Positions 1 to 8,844 of a DNA stretch of 20,000 bases are shown piece by piece (the stretch's first letter is position 1; every line of letters begins with the position of its first letter). The stretch is from Chiloscyllium plagiosum (taxonomy: Eukaryota): NCBI RefSeq assembly GCF_004010195.1, contig NC_057719.1, positions 33,703,623 through 33,723,622 of the forward strand. Direction: 5' to 3'. A program made the translations under genes and the position numbers. The notes beneath the pieces are model-generated. The model had not been told where the DNA came from. It did not search any database and worked only from the letters and a program-made list of their open reading frames with translations.

Positions 1-145
1 TTTGTGGAGCTTCCTCCTCAAGTGAGTTTAATTGTCCACCACCATTCCTGACTGGATGCAGAGCTTAGAACTGATCCTTTGTTTGTGGGATTGCTTAGGT
101 CTGTCTATCACCTGCTGCTCGTGCTGTTTGGCATGCAAGTAGTCT
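1..145 (-). mobile_element. Internal ORF2 fragment of an L2/Crack-like (CR1-group) non-LTR retrotransposon
   Basis: The reverse complement reads approximately DYLHAKQHEQQVIDRPKQSHKQRISSKLC..EWWWTIK, resembling the region upstream of the RT in this LINE type. Family assignment is from recognition only. Confidence 0.55.
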
Positions 146-427
146 TCTACAGGTAGACACATCATTTTCAGTTCCCAGGTTTCTGCTGCTGAGTCAACTT
201 AGAAAACTTGAAACTGTATTGGCCATGATTTTCCGTTCTTTGTGAACTTAGAAGTTAATCCTGGTAATTCTTTCTCTGGACGCTCTGCAGCTCTCTACAC
301 TAAATGACTGTGGATTTTGGAATACTGTGGTGTGTTCAAGCACATTTAGAGGGATAAGGAGTAAATCTTTCATCAGGTTTTCATAGTTGTCAGGCACCCA
401 GGCAGAAATTGTTTTGTGATGGTGGGA

Positions 428-1060
428 TTTTTAAACAATCTTTTGTGGAGGGTTGGCATCGCTGGCTGGGCAGTATTCTTTGCCTGTCGCTAGCTGCCCT
501 TGAGAAGGTAGTGGTGAGCTGCCTTCTTGAACCACTGCAGTTCATGTGCTGGAGGTAGACATACATTGTGATTAGGGAAATAATTCTAGGATTTTGATCC
601 AACAGTAGTGAAGGAACGACAATATATTTCAGTATTAGGATGGTGAGTGGCTTGCAGGTGTGGTGTTCCCATATATATGGTGTTCCCAGCTACCCTTGTC
701 CTTTTAAAAGGAAGTGGTTTGGAAGGTGTTGTCCAAGGATGTTTGGCAGATTTCTTCAGTGCACCTTGTACATAGTACACACTGCTGCTACTGAGTGTTA
801 GTGGTGGTGGGAGTAGATAATTGTGGAAGTAGTGCTAATCAAGCAGGCTGCCTTGTCTTGGATGGTGTCAAGCTTTTTGAGTATTTTTGCACTCATCCAG
901 GCAAGTGGAAAGTATTCCTTCACATTCCTAACTTGTACCTTGTAGGCTTTAGGATGTCAAGAGGTGAGCTACTCACACAATATTCCTAGTCTCTAACCTG
1001 CTCTTGTACCCACACTATTTATATGACGAGTCCAGTTATTTGTCGTCAATGGCAACCAGA
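428..1060 (-). mobile_element. 3' end (ORF2 C-terminus and tail) of an L2/Crack-like LINE, degenerate
   Basis: The reverse complement aligns by eye with the + strand copies at 8845-9203, 9446-9735 and 7300-7459, sharing the motifs cttgacaccatccaagacaaggcagcc and ttcaagaaggcagctcaccactaccttctcaagggcagctag. Confidence 0.8.
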
Positions 1061-1336
1061 AATTGCTGTTTTCAGTGTTTGTTAAAAAATGCTAGTAATT
1101 GTTTTTGTGTGACGCTATCAATAATAAGGTGGCTTCCTGTGAGAGCCATATCATGAGATGTATTCTCTATCATTATGGTAATGAATCCACCTATAACATC
1201 AAATTAATTATCAGCAACAGTGTTTATGCAAACATCTTCAATATTGTATCACTGAAAGCTCTTATCTGTTTGATCTGCCTGGTAGGTTTCATAACTAGTT
1301 AGTGCCCTCTGTGCAATTAGAAAGGAAAGGAAAAAT

Positions 1337-1432
1337 CTGAAAATAAGACAGAAAAGCTAAAAATATACTAATTAAGAATTTGTAACGATTAAAGTGGACT
1401 TAGTGTCCTGAGGAGAATGCTTTATCAGAACA
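1337..1432 (-). mobile_element. Very degenerate PLE terminal-repeat fragment
   Basis: The reverse complement has gttCTGATAAAG (decayed CUGAUGA core) followed by a T-rich tail like those near 6200-6230 and 13950-13975. Confidence 0.3.
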
Positions 1433-2540
1433 GTAAAGCAAAGAGCTCTGCAGCTATTGTTAAGATTGGTTAAAAGAGATTTGCAAACATTTAGTTCATG
1501 GTTTTGGGTAGCCTGCATAACAGAAAGCCAAAGTCAGGAAGTGACAGATAAAGGAATGAAAGATCGTCAAATTTAATAAAAACCAAAGAAGAGCTCAGGG
1601 AACATTGCTTCAGATGGAGGCATCATGTTCCCTTCAGACAGACTCAGAGAATGCAATGGGAGCAGTGTAGTGGAGGTAAGTATTAGCAGTATAACCTCAA
1701 GAATCTGGATGCAGTACTCAAAGAATTCCAATGGCCTCACACAAGTGACCAAGGCCAAGGAATATATTTTCAAATTCTGTCTGCTATAATTGCACTATTG
1801 GATTCGCAAACTGCTCCATTTACCACTACCTCTACTCACTGAGCAACAATCTCTATTAACCACTGCTCATGCTTCTCTCTTATAGCCTCACTTCATATTC
1901 ACACACACAGTTATGCTGCAAGTTCGCACCTATATCTCACAGCTTGTACAACTGTTCAACTACCAAAGGAATAACTCCCAAACAGATTATACCACATTCA
2001 CTCTCTCCCCCTATCTCCAGGACACATTGGTAATGACCAGAATCAACAGCTCATTGATGCATGTCCTCATGCAAGGAAAAATGCTCACCCACTTCTTCTG
2101 ATTTAAAAGCTGTGGATGGAGTAAACAATAAACTTGGTCGTCCCACCTTGCCTCACCAAAACCCCATCCTCAAGCATTTCACTTTTCAAATGTCGAAAAA
2201 AGAACTGTCACCTGGCTAAGCAATAATTCTGAAGCAAGGCAGAGGAGAAAGAAAAGATGCTTATGAAGAAAGACTGTCACTGAATCTCATATTCACAATC
2301 GCCAGCTCAGATATCAACACTGAATAATTTAGAACCTGGCCCTTCGATAGGATCTGCAGATAATGTGAATACTGGGCATTGGTAGCCTGCAATCAGGGAG
2401 AGAGGGCGGGGAGAAGGATAGTACAGCTCTCAGCTAGCCAGGTAACAAAGTCAAATGGTGGTTCTGCTGTAGGCTACTCAGGTATAGACTTAGAGGTACA
2501 TAAAAAGGCTGCTGGGTATAGGTATTGAAATGCTTGATGT

Positions 2541-2751
2541 CTTGATGTGGAGGTGCCTGTGTTGGACTGGGGTGGACAAAGGTAGAAATCACACGACACC
2601 AGGTTATAGGCCAACAGATTTATTTGAAATCACAAACTTTCAGAGCTCTGCTGCTTTGTTACTTCACCTCATGAAGGAGCAGAACTCTGAAAGCTTGTGA
2701 TTTCTAATAAACTTGTTAGACTATAACCTGGTGTCATGTGACTTTTGGCTT
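2541..2751. mobile_element. Non-autonomous PLE-derived hairpin element (two inverted terminal-repeat arms) with 10-bp TSD
   Basis: Arms at about 2576-2656 and 2672-2753 are imperfect reverse complements. The direct repeat tgcttgatgt lies at 2531-2540 and 2752-2761. The arms are homologous to 5563-5645. Confidence 0.8.
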
Positions 2752-2956
2752 TGCTTGATGTATTGGCATGTCTGACAGAAACTCACAGTGACTGGCAAGA
2801 ACCTTAAAGGACAAGCACAAAACTTTATGCACTTTGTTTACAGCATAATATTGCATAATCTCATCCAAATTGGTTGCCAAACTTTCAAATGTGTTTAGGC
2901 TAGAATCATGGCTGCCATTCCAATAACTTGGAGCTTCTTACAGGTGTCCTGCCTGT

Positions 2957-3088
2957 ATTCCTGATGAAGGGCTTTTGCCCGAAACGTCAATTTTATTGCT
3001 CCTCGGATGCTGCCTGAATTGCTGTGCTTTTCCAGCACCACTAATTCAGAATCTGGTTTCGAGCATCTGCAGTCATTGTTTTTAACCT
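2957..3088 (+). mobile_element. Solo PLE 3' terminal fragment beginning at a hammerhead motif
   Basis: Near-identical to the reverse complements of 4098-4185 and 19873-19966. A decayed direct repeat flanks it: aggtgtcctgcctgt (2942-2956) and agctgtccagcccat (3089-3103), 11/15 identical. Confidence 0.85.
2961..2988 (+). ncRNA. Minimal type I hammerhead ribozyme motif, core intact
   Basis: CUGAUGA-A-GGGC-UUUU-GCCC-GAAAC-GUC: conserved core boxes, a perfect 4-bp stem II, palindromic ACGU in place of helix III and a GUC cleavage triplet. Stem I is weak in this copy. Confidence 0.75.
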
Positions 3089-3407
3089 AGCTGTCCAGCC
3101 CATCAGAGGGTTGCTAGGATTGCTGAGTCACCACTCCAGATGATTGGCAGTTGCTGTAGGAAGTGCCTTTCTGCTGTCTTCCCTCAGATTTTCAGTGTGC
3201 ATGGCCTTAACATTCCATCTAGGCCTGTGACCTTGTCTGTCACCCAGCGAGTCCTGACTCCTATCACCTATTTTGAGATGAAGCAAGAAAAATCCTGAGC
3301 AAAAATGCTTCCTAATGTCAGATATACAGGAGGTAATTCTACACCATCTGTGGTCTCCTACTCTGAAAGACTGCAGCCTTCCATCAGGCATGCAGCAGCC
3401 TCTGGAG

Positions 3408-3709
3408 TAGATTAGATTACTTACATTGTGGAAACAGGCCCTTCGACAGTCCACACCACCCCGCCGAAGCGCAACCCACCCATACCCCTACATTTACCCC
3501 TTACCTAATACTACGGGCAATTTAGCATGGCCAATTCACCTGACCTACACATCTTTGGACTGTGGGAGGAAACCGGAGCACCTGGAGGGTGCTCACGCAG
3601 ACACGGGGAGAACATGCAAACTCCACACAGTCAGTCGCCTGAGGCGGGAATTGAACCCGGGTCTCTGGCGCTGTGAGGCAGTGCTAACCACTGTGCCACC
3701 ATGCCGCCC
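3408..3709 (-). mobile_element. HE1-like tRNA-derived SINE, near full length
   Basis: The reverse complement has a tRNA-like head with A box (tggcacagtgg) and B box (ggttcaattcc), a core gtgtggagtttgcatgttctccccgtgtctgc, a CR1-like tail cgaagggcctgtttcc and an (AATCT)n end. Closely similar to 16194-16518. Confidence 0.92.
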
Positions 3710-3894
3710 ACAGTGTAACACTGTGTTGGAGCACCAGGACTTTTAAAGGCACTAAGAGCAAGTGAAAGGGTGATCAAGTTGATTTTTTTTAATAGAATAA
3801 TCACCACTGTGATTTCTAAAGCTGGTTTAGGAATTTAGTTTCATGGTGGTTTTTCTTTCAGTGTAGTGGTCAAGAGGGTTCTGGTACTTTTTTC

Positions 3895-3990
3895 AATCAT
3901 CTAGGTTAGATGTGTTATGGCACACCTCTGGAGCAGATACCATTGAACCCAAACCTAAGTAGGGACACAACCACACCACCACAACAGCCC
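3895..3990 (-). mobile_element. Degenerate tRNA-derived SINE head (a different family from HE1)
   Basis: The reverse complement starts gggctgttgtggtggtgtggttgtgtccctac and contains a B-box-like gggttcaa. Confidence 0.5.
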
Positions 3991-4097
3991 TGCATCAAGA
4001 GGATTCAATGATGGGTTGCAACAAAGTGTACATATTGTAATTGATGATTGCAAAATTGGATTTGTCTGCACTAGAATGACACTTGGATGAAGGCCAA

Positions 4098-4901
4098 GAG
4101 TGTGGTGCTGGAAAAGCACAGCAGGCCAGGCAGCATCCGAGGAGCAGGAAAATCAATATTTTGGGCAAAAGCCCTTCATCAGGAAGGAGGTTGGTAGTCT
4201 CGGGCGTGGAGAGATAAATGGGAGGGGAGTAGGGCTGGGGGTCTGAGTGCAATAGGTGGATGACGGTGGCGGTAAAGGTGATAGGTCGTAGGAGAGGGTG
4301 GTGTGGATAGGTGGGAAGGAAGATGGGACAGGTCATGTGGACGGTGCTGAGCTGGAAGGTTGGAATTGGGGTAAGATGGGGGGAGGGGAAATGAAAAAAT
4401 AGTGAAATCCACATTGATGCTTTGGGATTGGAGGGTCCCAAGGCAGAAGATGAGGCATTCTTCCTCTAGGCGTTGGTGGTAAGGGAGTGGTGATGGAGGA
4501 GGCCTATGTCCTTGGCAGAGTGGGGGGAGAGGGTGCGGTGTTAAAGTGTTCGGTCACGGGGTGGTGGGGTTGATTGATGTCCTGGAGATGTTTTCTGAAG
4601 CACGCTGCGAGTAGGCATCCTGTCTCCCCCAATGTAGAGGAGATCACGTCAGTAGCAATGGATACAATAAATGATATGTGTTGAAGTGCGGGTGAAACTT
4701 TGATGGATGTGGAAGGCTCCTTTAGTGCATTGGACAGAGGTGAGGGGGGAGGTGTGAGTGCAGATTTTGCAATTCCTGTGGTGACAGGGGAAGGTGCCAT
4801 GAGGGGAGGGTGGGTTGTTGGGGGGCGTGGACTTGATGAGGTAGTCACAGAGGGAACAGTCTTTATGGAAGGCGGATGGAGTAGGGATGGAAATATATCT
4901 C
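4098..4901 (-). mobile_element. 5'-truncated Penelope-like element (Neptune-type): Cys-rich linker, GIY-YIG endonuclease and 3' terminal repeat, pseudogenised
   Basis: Minus-strand translation gives GTFPCHHRNCKICTH, then IIYCIHCY*RDLLYIG (IYC 4664-4672, YIG 4628-4636), then after a frameshift ETGCLLAACFRKHL...PVTEHFN. A decayed hammerhead lies at about 4155-4182. The direct repeat tgacacttggatgaa(gg)ccaa is at 4077-4097 and 4902-4920. Confidence 0.9.
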
Positions 4902-4944
4902 TGACACTTGGATGAACCAATTGCACACTGCCCCGCTGGAAAAT

Positions 4945-5410
4945 TAGTTTCTTTTTTTCTGTTTCTTCCTCCTCCTTCACTTTCTCTTTCTGAGTTCATC
5001 AGAGCGTGTCTGTTGAGAATGAGGCTATACAGACTGGAGCAGGCCATGATGGACTATCATAGAGACAGGATGGCAGTGTTGCTCAAGTGTCTGAGTGGTC
5101 TACCAGATGATGTTTCTTGTTGCAGCTTGGCTCTCGTTATATGAATGCTGCCATGCTATCTTCGTTGGTTGCCTACTAGAGCCATCCTTTTCAACACTTA
5201 GTCACTCTTTGATTTCTCATGGTGTCTCAAATGCTAATGTGATGGTGAACTGGGAGAGAAGGAGCGCCATCATCATGATTGCAGCCAGGATAACAGGCAC
5301 TGACCTATGTGATGCCCAAGGGTGATTGTCCACATTGAAGAAGAGTTGTTTTGAGAAGCATTTTCAGATTTAAGTGTTGTGCATGCAAAACCAGTTCATG
5401 TTATGAGCAG
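4945..5410 (-). pseudogene. Decayed PIF/Harbinger DDE transposase (HARBI1/DDE_Tnp_4-like), C-terminal half
   Basis: The minus strand reads VSACYPGCNHD (5272-5304; family pattern V.ARYPGS.HD) and YNESQAATRNII (5106-5141; family pattern YN..H..TR.IIE) in the expected order, followed by an acidic tract KEEEETEKK near 4950-4980. Stops and frameshifts are present. Confidence 0.75.
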
Positions 5411-5562
5411 AGGCCTTTAAGAGAAAATAGTTGTGTTATTTCTCAGAGTCAGGATGTCAGTATACCTTGAAAATATATGCTCATAATATCATCATTTTGT
5501 CATTACATGTGACCAGAGGGCATAAAGTTCTCAGATGCCATCCTAACTGTGAGTATTTAAAG

Positions 5563-5709
5563 TATAAAATCACACAACACCAGGTTACAGTCCAACAGGT
5601 TTATTTGGAAGTACGGGCTTTCAGAGCGCTGCTCCTTCATCAGGTGGTTGTGGAGCAGGATCATAAGACACAGAATTGAGAGCAAAAGATCACAGCGTCA
5701 TGCAACTGG
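5563..5709 (-). mobile_element. PLE terminal-repeat fragment (same family as the 2541-2751 hairpin) with a hammerhead motif at 5615-5643
   Basis: The reverse complement reads cac-CUGAUGA-A-GGAGC-AGC-GCUCU-GAAAG-CCC; the cleavage-triplet U is mutated. It shares acaccaggtta(c/t)ag(t/g)ccaacag with 2596-2616. Confidence 0.75.
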
Positions 5710-5945
5710 AGGGAGGAAGTAAGCAATTGCAATGGGAGGTGCCTTGAGGTTGTGGGAGGTGTGGGAGTGCAGCAGGGGTGGACTAGGGTATCCCTGAGGA
5801 AATGGTCCCTGTGGAAGGCTGACGAGGGAGGGGAGAAGAATATGTGTCTGGTGGTGGCATCCCACTGCAGCTGGTGGAAATGGTGGCTAATGATCCTCTC
5901 GAGGCAAATGCTGGTGGGAAGGTAAATGAGGACCAGGAGGACCCT
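5710..5945 (-). mobile_element. PLE ORF fragment (region between RT and endonuclease)
   Basis: The minus strand reads RVLLVLIYLPTSICLERIISHHFHQLQWDATTRHIFFSPPSSAFHRDHFLRDTLVH, homologous to the DIFPS and PSAFHKDCSLCDYLI segments near 4830-4900. Confidence 0.75.
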
Positions 5946-5969
5946 ATTGCTATAGTGTTGTCCCTATTT

Positions 5970-6230
5970 GCAGCTATTGATTCTCCCAGGCTGACATTTA
6001 CCCATTCCTTTGTCTGCACAACTGTTCTATTGGGCTCCACCTATTGTTTACCCCGCTCCCCTACCCTCACCCCAACCCCAACACATCTTCAGTAAATATA
6101 CAAACCTTGTCCTTGCTACAATCAATCTTGAAGAAGGGTCACTGAATCCAAAATGTTAACTGCTGTCTCTCCACTGATGTTGCCAGACCTGCTGAGTTTT
6201 TTGTAGTAATTTCTGTTTTGGTTCTTTGTT
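5970..6230 (+). mobile_element. PLE terminal repeat with a decayed hammerhead motif at 6128-6157
   Basis: A pyrimidine-rich leader is followed by UUGAAGA-A-GGGUC-ACUG-AAUCC-AAAAU-GUU-aac and then gatgttgccagacctgctgagttt, homologous to the PLE tails at 3006-3035 and 13932-13960. Confidence 0.65.
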
Positions 6231-7207
6231 TTGTTTATCTGATAGTATTGTGTAGCTATTGGCAGACCTAAGGCTGATATGCATGACAACTGATCACTAG
6301 TCACAGACTAATCAGCTACTTGTTGCTGACCATAGTTTCGTTTGTACAAACTGCATGGCTCCAGCTTATTTGCAAACTGGGCTTCAACTACACCTTGAAC
6401 ACATAGCTGGGTACACAATGCTTCCAATGAGCATCATTTACTAACTTTTAAAAAATCCTTCAATCCTTCAACAATCCTTGCCTTTCAAAAACAGCCCATT
6501 TCCCATTTCAGTCCACAATCAAAAATGTATAAAAAGAAAGAGATACGGTCTTAACACCAGCACAGAGGTGTGCATCCAAGACACAAGTGTCATTTTGGCC
6601 TCAAATTGGAACCTGCAGCATCAAAAATAAGAGGGCTATGTATTCCAATTGCGAGGCCAAAGGGCTTGACAGTTTAGGGTTTTTAAGAGTTTGACAATTT
6701 TGGATTTCTAAGAGTTTGCGTCAAATTTAAAAGGATGTCTGTTGACTGCCTTACAATTTGAAGTCTGGGAACACAAATATTCCAGTATTGTTGCTAACAA
6801 TTCCTCATTCTGAGGCACTTACAGTAAAACAATCGCTTTTTCAAGTGGATACAAAAATAAATGGCATTAGACTGAAGAGAGTCAAAAGAGTTCAACTAAA
6901 TTTGTGAAAGTGCTTTTCTTGATAATGTGCTATTGATTTCAATCAGACATTCCAGTTACTGCACACCAAATTGTCCTATACTTAGAACAGTGAAAGAGTG
7001 GTACTGTTCATTTGCTGCTGTTCATAAATATTAACTTGCATACTGTGGTGAAAATATTTTGGAACACTCTCCCTCTGCCTCTCTATCTCACTCTCTCCCT
7101 TAAAATTTAACTTTTTGATCAAATGTTTGGTCATCAGGCCATTGAACTCCTTATATAGGTCACTGTTACTGTCGTATTCATGTGAAGTTCCTTAGGATAT
7201 TTCATTT

Positions 7208-7555
7208 TGATGGTAACACATTGGCAATACCATCATTGTAATGAGTCAGAGGTGAAGGATAATCCTTTGGAGCATAAATTCAAATCCCACAAGAGCAAGT
7301 GGATTTCCCTCCCTCAGGGTCCTGTGGGTCAATCTACAGCAGGTGGACTGCAACAGTTAAAGAAGGCAGCTCAACACCACCTTCTGAAGGGCAGCTAGGG
7401 ACAAGCAATAAATGCTGGCCAGCCAGTGACACTCATGTCCCACAAATTAATACATAAAATTAGTTGGTGGAATTTGAATTCAGTTAATAACATAGGGAAT
7501 TTAAAGGTAGTCTCATCAATGGTGACTATGAAATTACTATTGATTTCATAAACAT
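7208..7555 (+). mobile_element. Old tRNA-derived SINE (head 7208-7299, body 7460-7555) split by a LINE tail
   Basis: B-box-like ttcaaatcccac at 7279-7290. The body resumes at ggtggaatttgaattc. Similar to 18915-18983 and 19583-19835. Confidence 0.5.
7300..7459 (+). mobile_element. 3' tail of the L2/Crack-like LINE
   Basis: aagaaggcagctcaacaccaccttctgaagggcagctagggacaagcaataaatgctggccagccagtgac matches 9636-9706 and the reverse complement of about 455-530. Confidence 0.8.
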
Positions 7556-7557
7556 AA

Positions 7558-7680
7558 CAGTCAACCACAATGTGGTGGGACTGAAATCACACCTAGGCTG
7601 GACTGGATAAGGACAATATCATAAGAAGGTCTATTGTGATACATTGGGTCTTCACAACCATCTAGTAGTTTTGTGGTTGC
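7558..7680 (-). mobile_element. Degenerate fragment of the same old SINE family, inverted
   Basis: The reverse complement loosely resembles the body at 19670-19790. Divergence is high. Confidence 0.35.
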
Positions 7681-8317
7681 ACATGAACAAATTCTTGAAT
7701 CTTTATCCCTTCTAAAATGAAAATTAATAACATTTGTTGTTTTATTTTCCAATTGGGAATGTACAATAAGAATGTTGAGCATAATGAATTTCATTAGGAT
7801 TAATAGAAATTTAAAAATGTCAAAAATGTTATAATTTTTATGACTGAAAAAATCTGGTAAAAACATAAGCATGAAGCAATGGCCTCCACTCCTCCACTCT
7901 TCCCATTGCAGGAAATCCCTTCTCACTTGCTCTGCCTTTAAGGTTTCTTCTTTATTTCATTGGCTCTGAAAGGGATAGGCTGAGGATTTGTCCATTACAT
8001 AGTTAAATAGGACACCCTAGAAAATGCAAGGATCCAGTATTAGTCTAGAAGAGCTACCTAAGGAAACTGGCCAATATCTATTATGACTTATAAATAGATA
8101 TTGACCCAAATATAATGGCAACTGGTCAGTGGCTATTAAACTAACCTTTGCCGCTGTTTATTGATATTCCAAACGCCTGCACATGCAAATCTCTGGAAGT
8201 GTGAGATAGAAATTATTAAATAGAAGATGGAAATTAGAAGCTATCTAGGAGCTGAGTGAACAAAGCAAGCAACTGTGTATTATCATAACCAATCAGATAG
8301 AAGGAGTTTTCATTAGA

Positions 8318-8823
8318 GAAAAGGAGATTGAGGGTGGACCTCATTGAGTTTTACAAAATCATGAAGGGTACAGACATGATGGATAGAGATAAGCCTTTTC
8401 CCAGGGTGAGGGATTCAGTAACGAGAGGTCACACATTCAAGGTGAGAGATGAAAAGTTGAAGGGGGATACACTCGGAAAGTACTTTACACAGTCGGTGGT
8501 AGGTGCCTGGAATGTGTTGCCAGCAGAGGTAGTAGAGGCATGGTAGATTCATTTGAGGTGCGTCTGGACAGATGAATGGGAGGTGGCAAACAAAGGGATA
8601 CAGATCCTTAGGAATTGGAAAATAGAGTTATAGAGTCATTGAGTCATAGAGATGTATAGCATGAAAACAGACCCTTCGGTCCAACCCATCCATGCCGACC
8701 AGATATCCTAACCCAATCTAGTCCCACCTGCCACCACCCAGCCCATATCCCTCCAAATTGGCTCAAGCTTGGAGGGCCAAAGGGCCTGTTCCTAGGCTGT
8801 AAATTTTCTTTGTTCTTTGTTCT
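8318..8823 (+). mobile_element. CR1 LINE 3' end (ORF2 C-terminus and 3' UTR with TTCTTTG repeat tail), interrupted at 8622-8757
   Basis: RVDLIEFYKIMKG...TRGHTFKVR...YFTQSVVGAWNVLP is the typical CR1 ORF2 end. The tail reads gggccaaagggcctgttcc...ttctttgttctttgttct. Confidence 0.9.
8622..8757 (-). mobile_element. CR1 (HER1-like) 3' UTR fragment with ACTCTATG-type repeat tail
   Basis: The reverse complement reads ggcatggatgggttggaccgaagggtctgttttcatgctatacatctctatgactcaatgactctataactctat. Confidence 0.85.
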
Positions 8824-8844
8824 ATCTTTAAATGTGAAGGTATC

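Larger units (their letters stand above)
1560..3790 (+). pseudogene. Decayed Myb/SANT-like DNA-binding gene of a PIF/Harbinger transposon, interrupted by insertions
   Basis: 1651-1665 reads MQWEQ and, after a frameshift, 1670-1759 reads VEVSISSITSRIWMQYSKNSNGLTQVTKAK, matching the Harbinger Myb/SANT pattern W..VA.EV...S...R.W.QC.KK.NDL. The extent beyond 1760 is inferred from resemblance to the downstream part of such genes. Confidence 0.55.

Noticed and set aside
3709..3725. Short palindrome cacagtg-taa-cactgtg at the SINE 5' flank
   Set aside because: A 7-bp stem is within chance expectation and has no supporting feature.
3426..3746. 106-aa ORF, and similar ORFs at 16145-16496
   Set aside because: These are chance reading frames through HE1-like SINEs, not genes.
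4200..4400. G-rich tract with G-quadruplex potential
   Set aside because: It is the antisense of the pyrimidine-rich PLE 3' region and is explained by the element.
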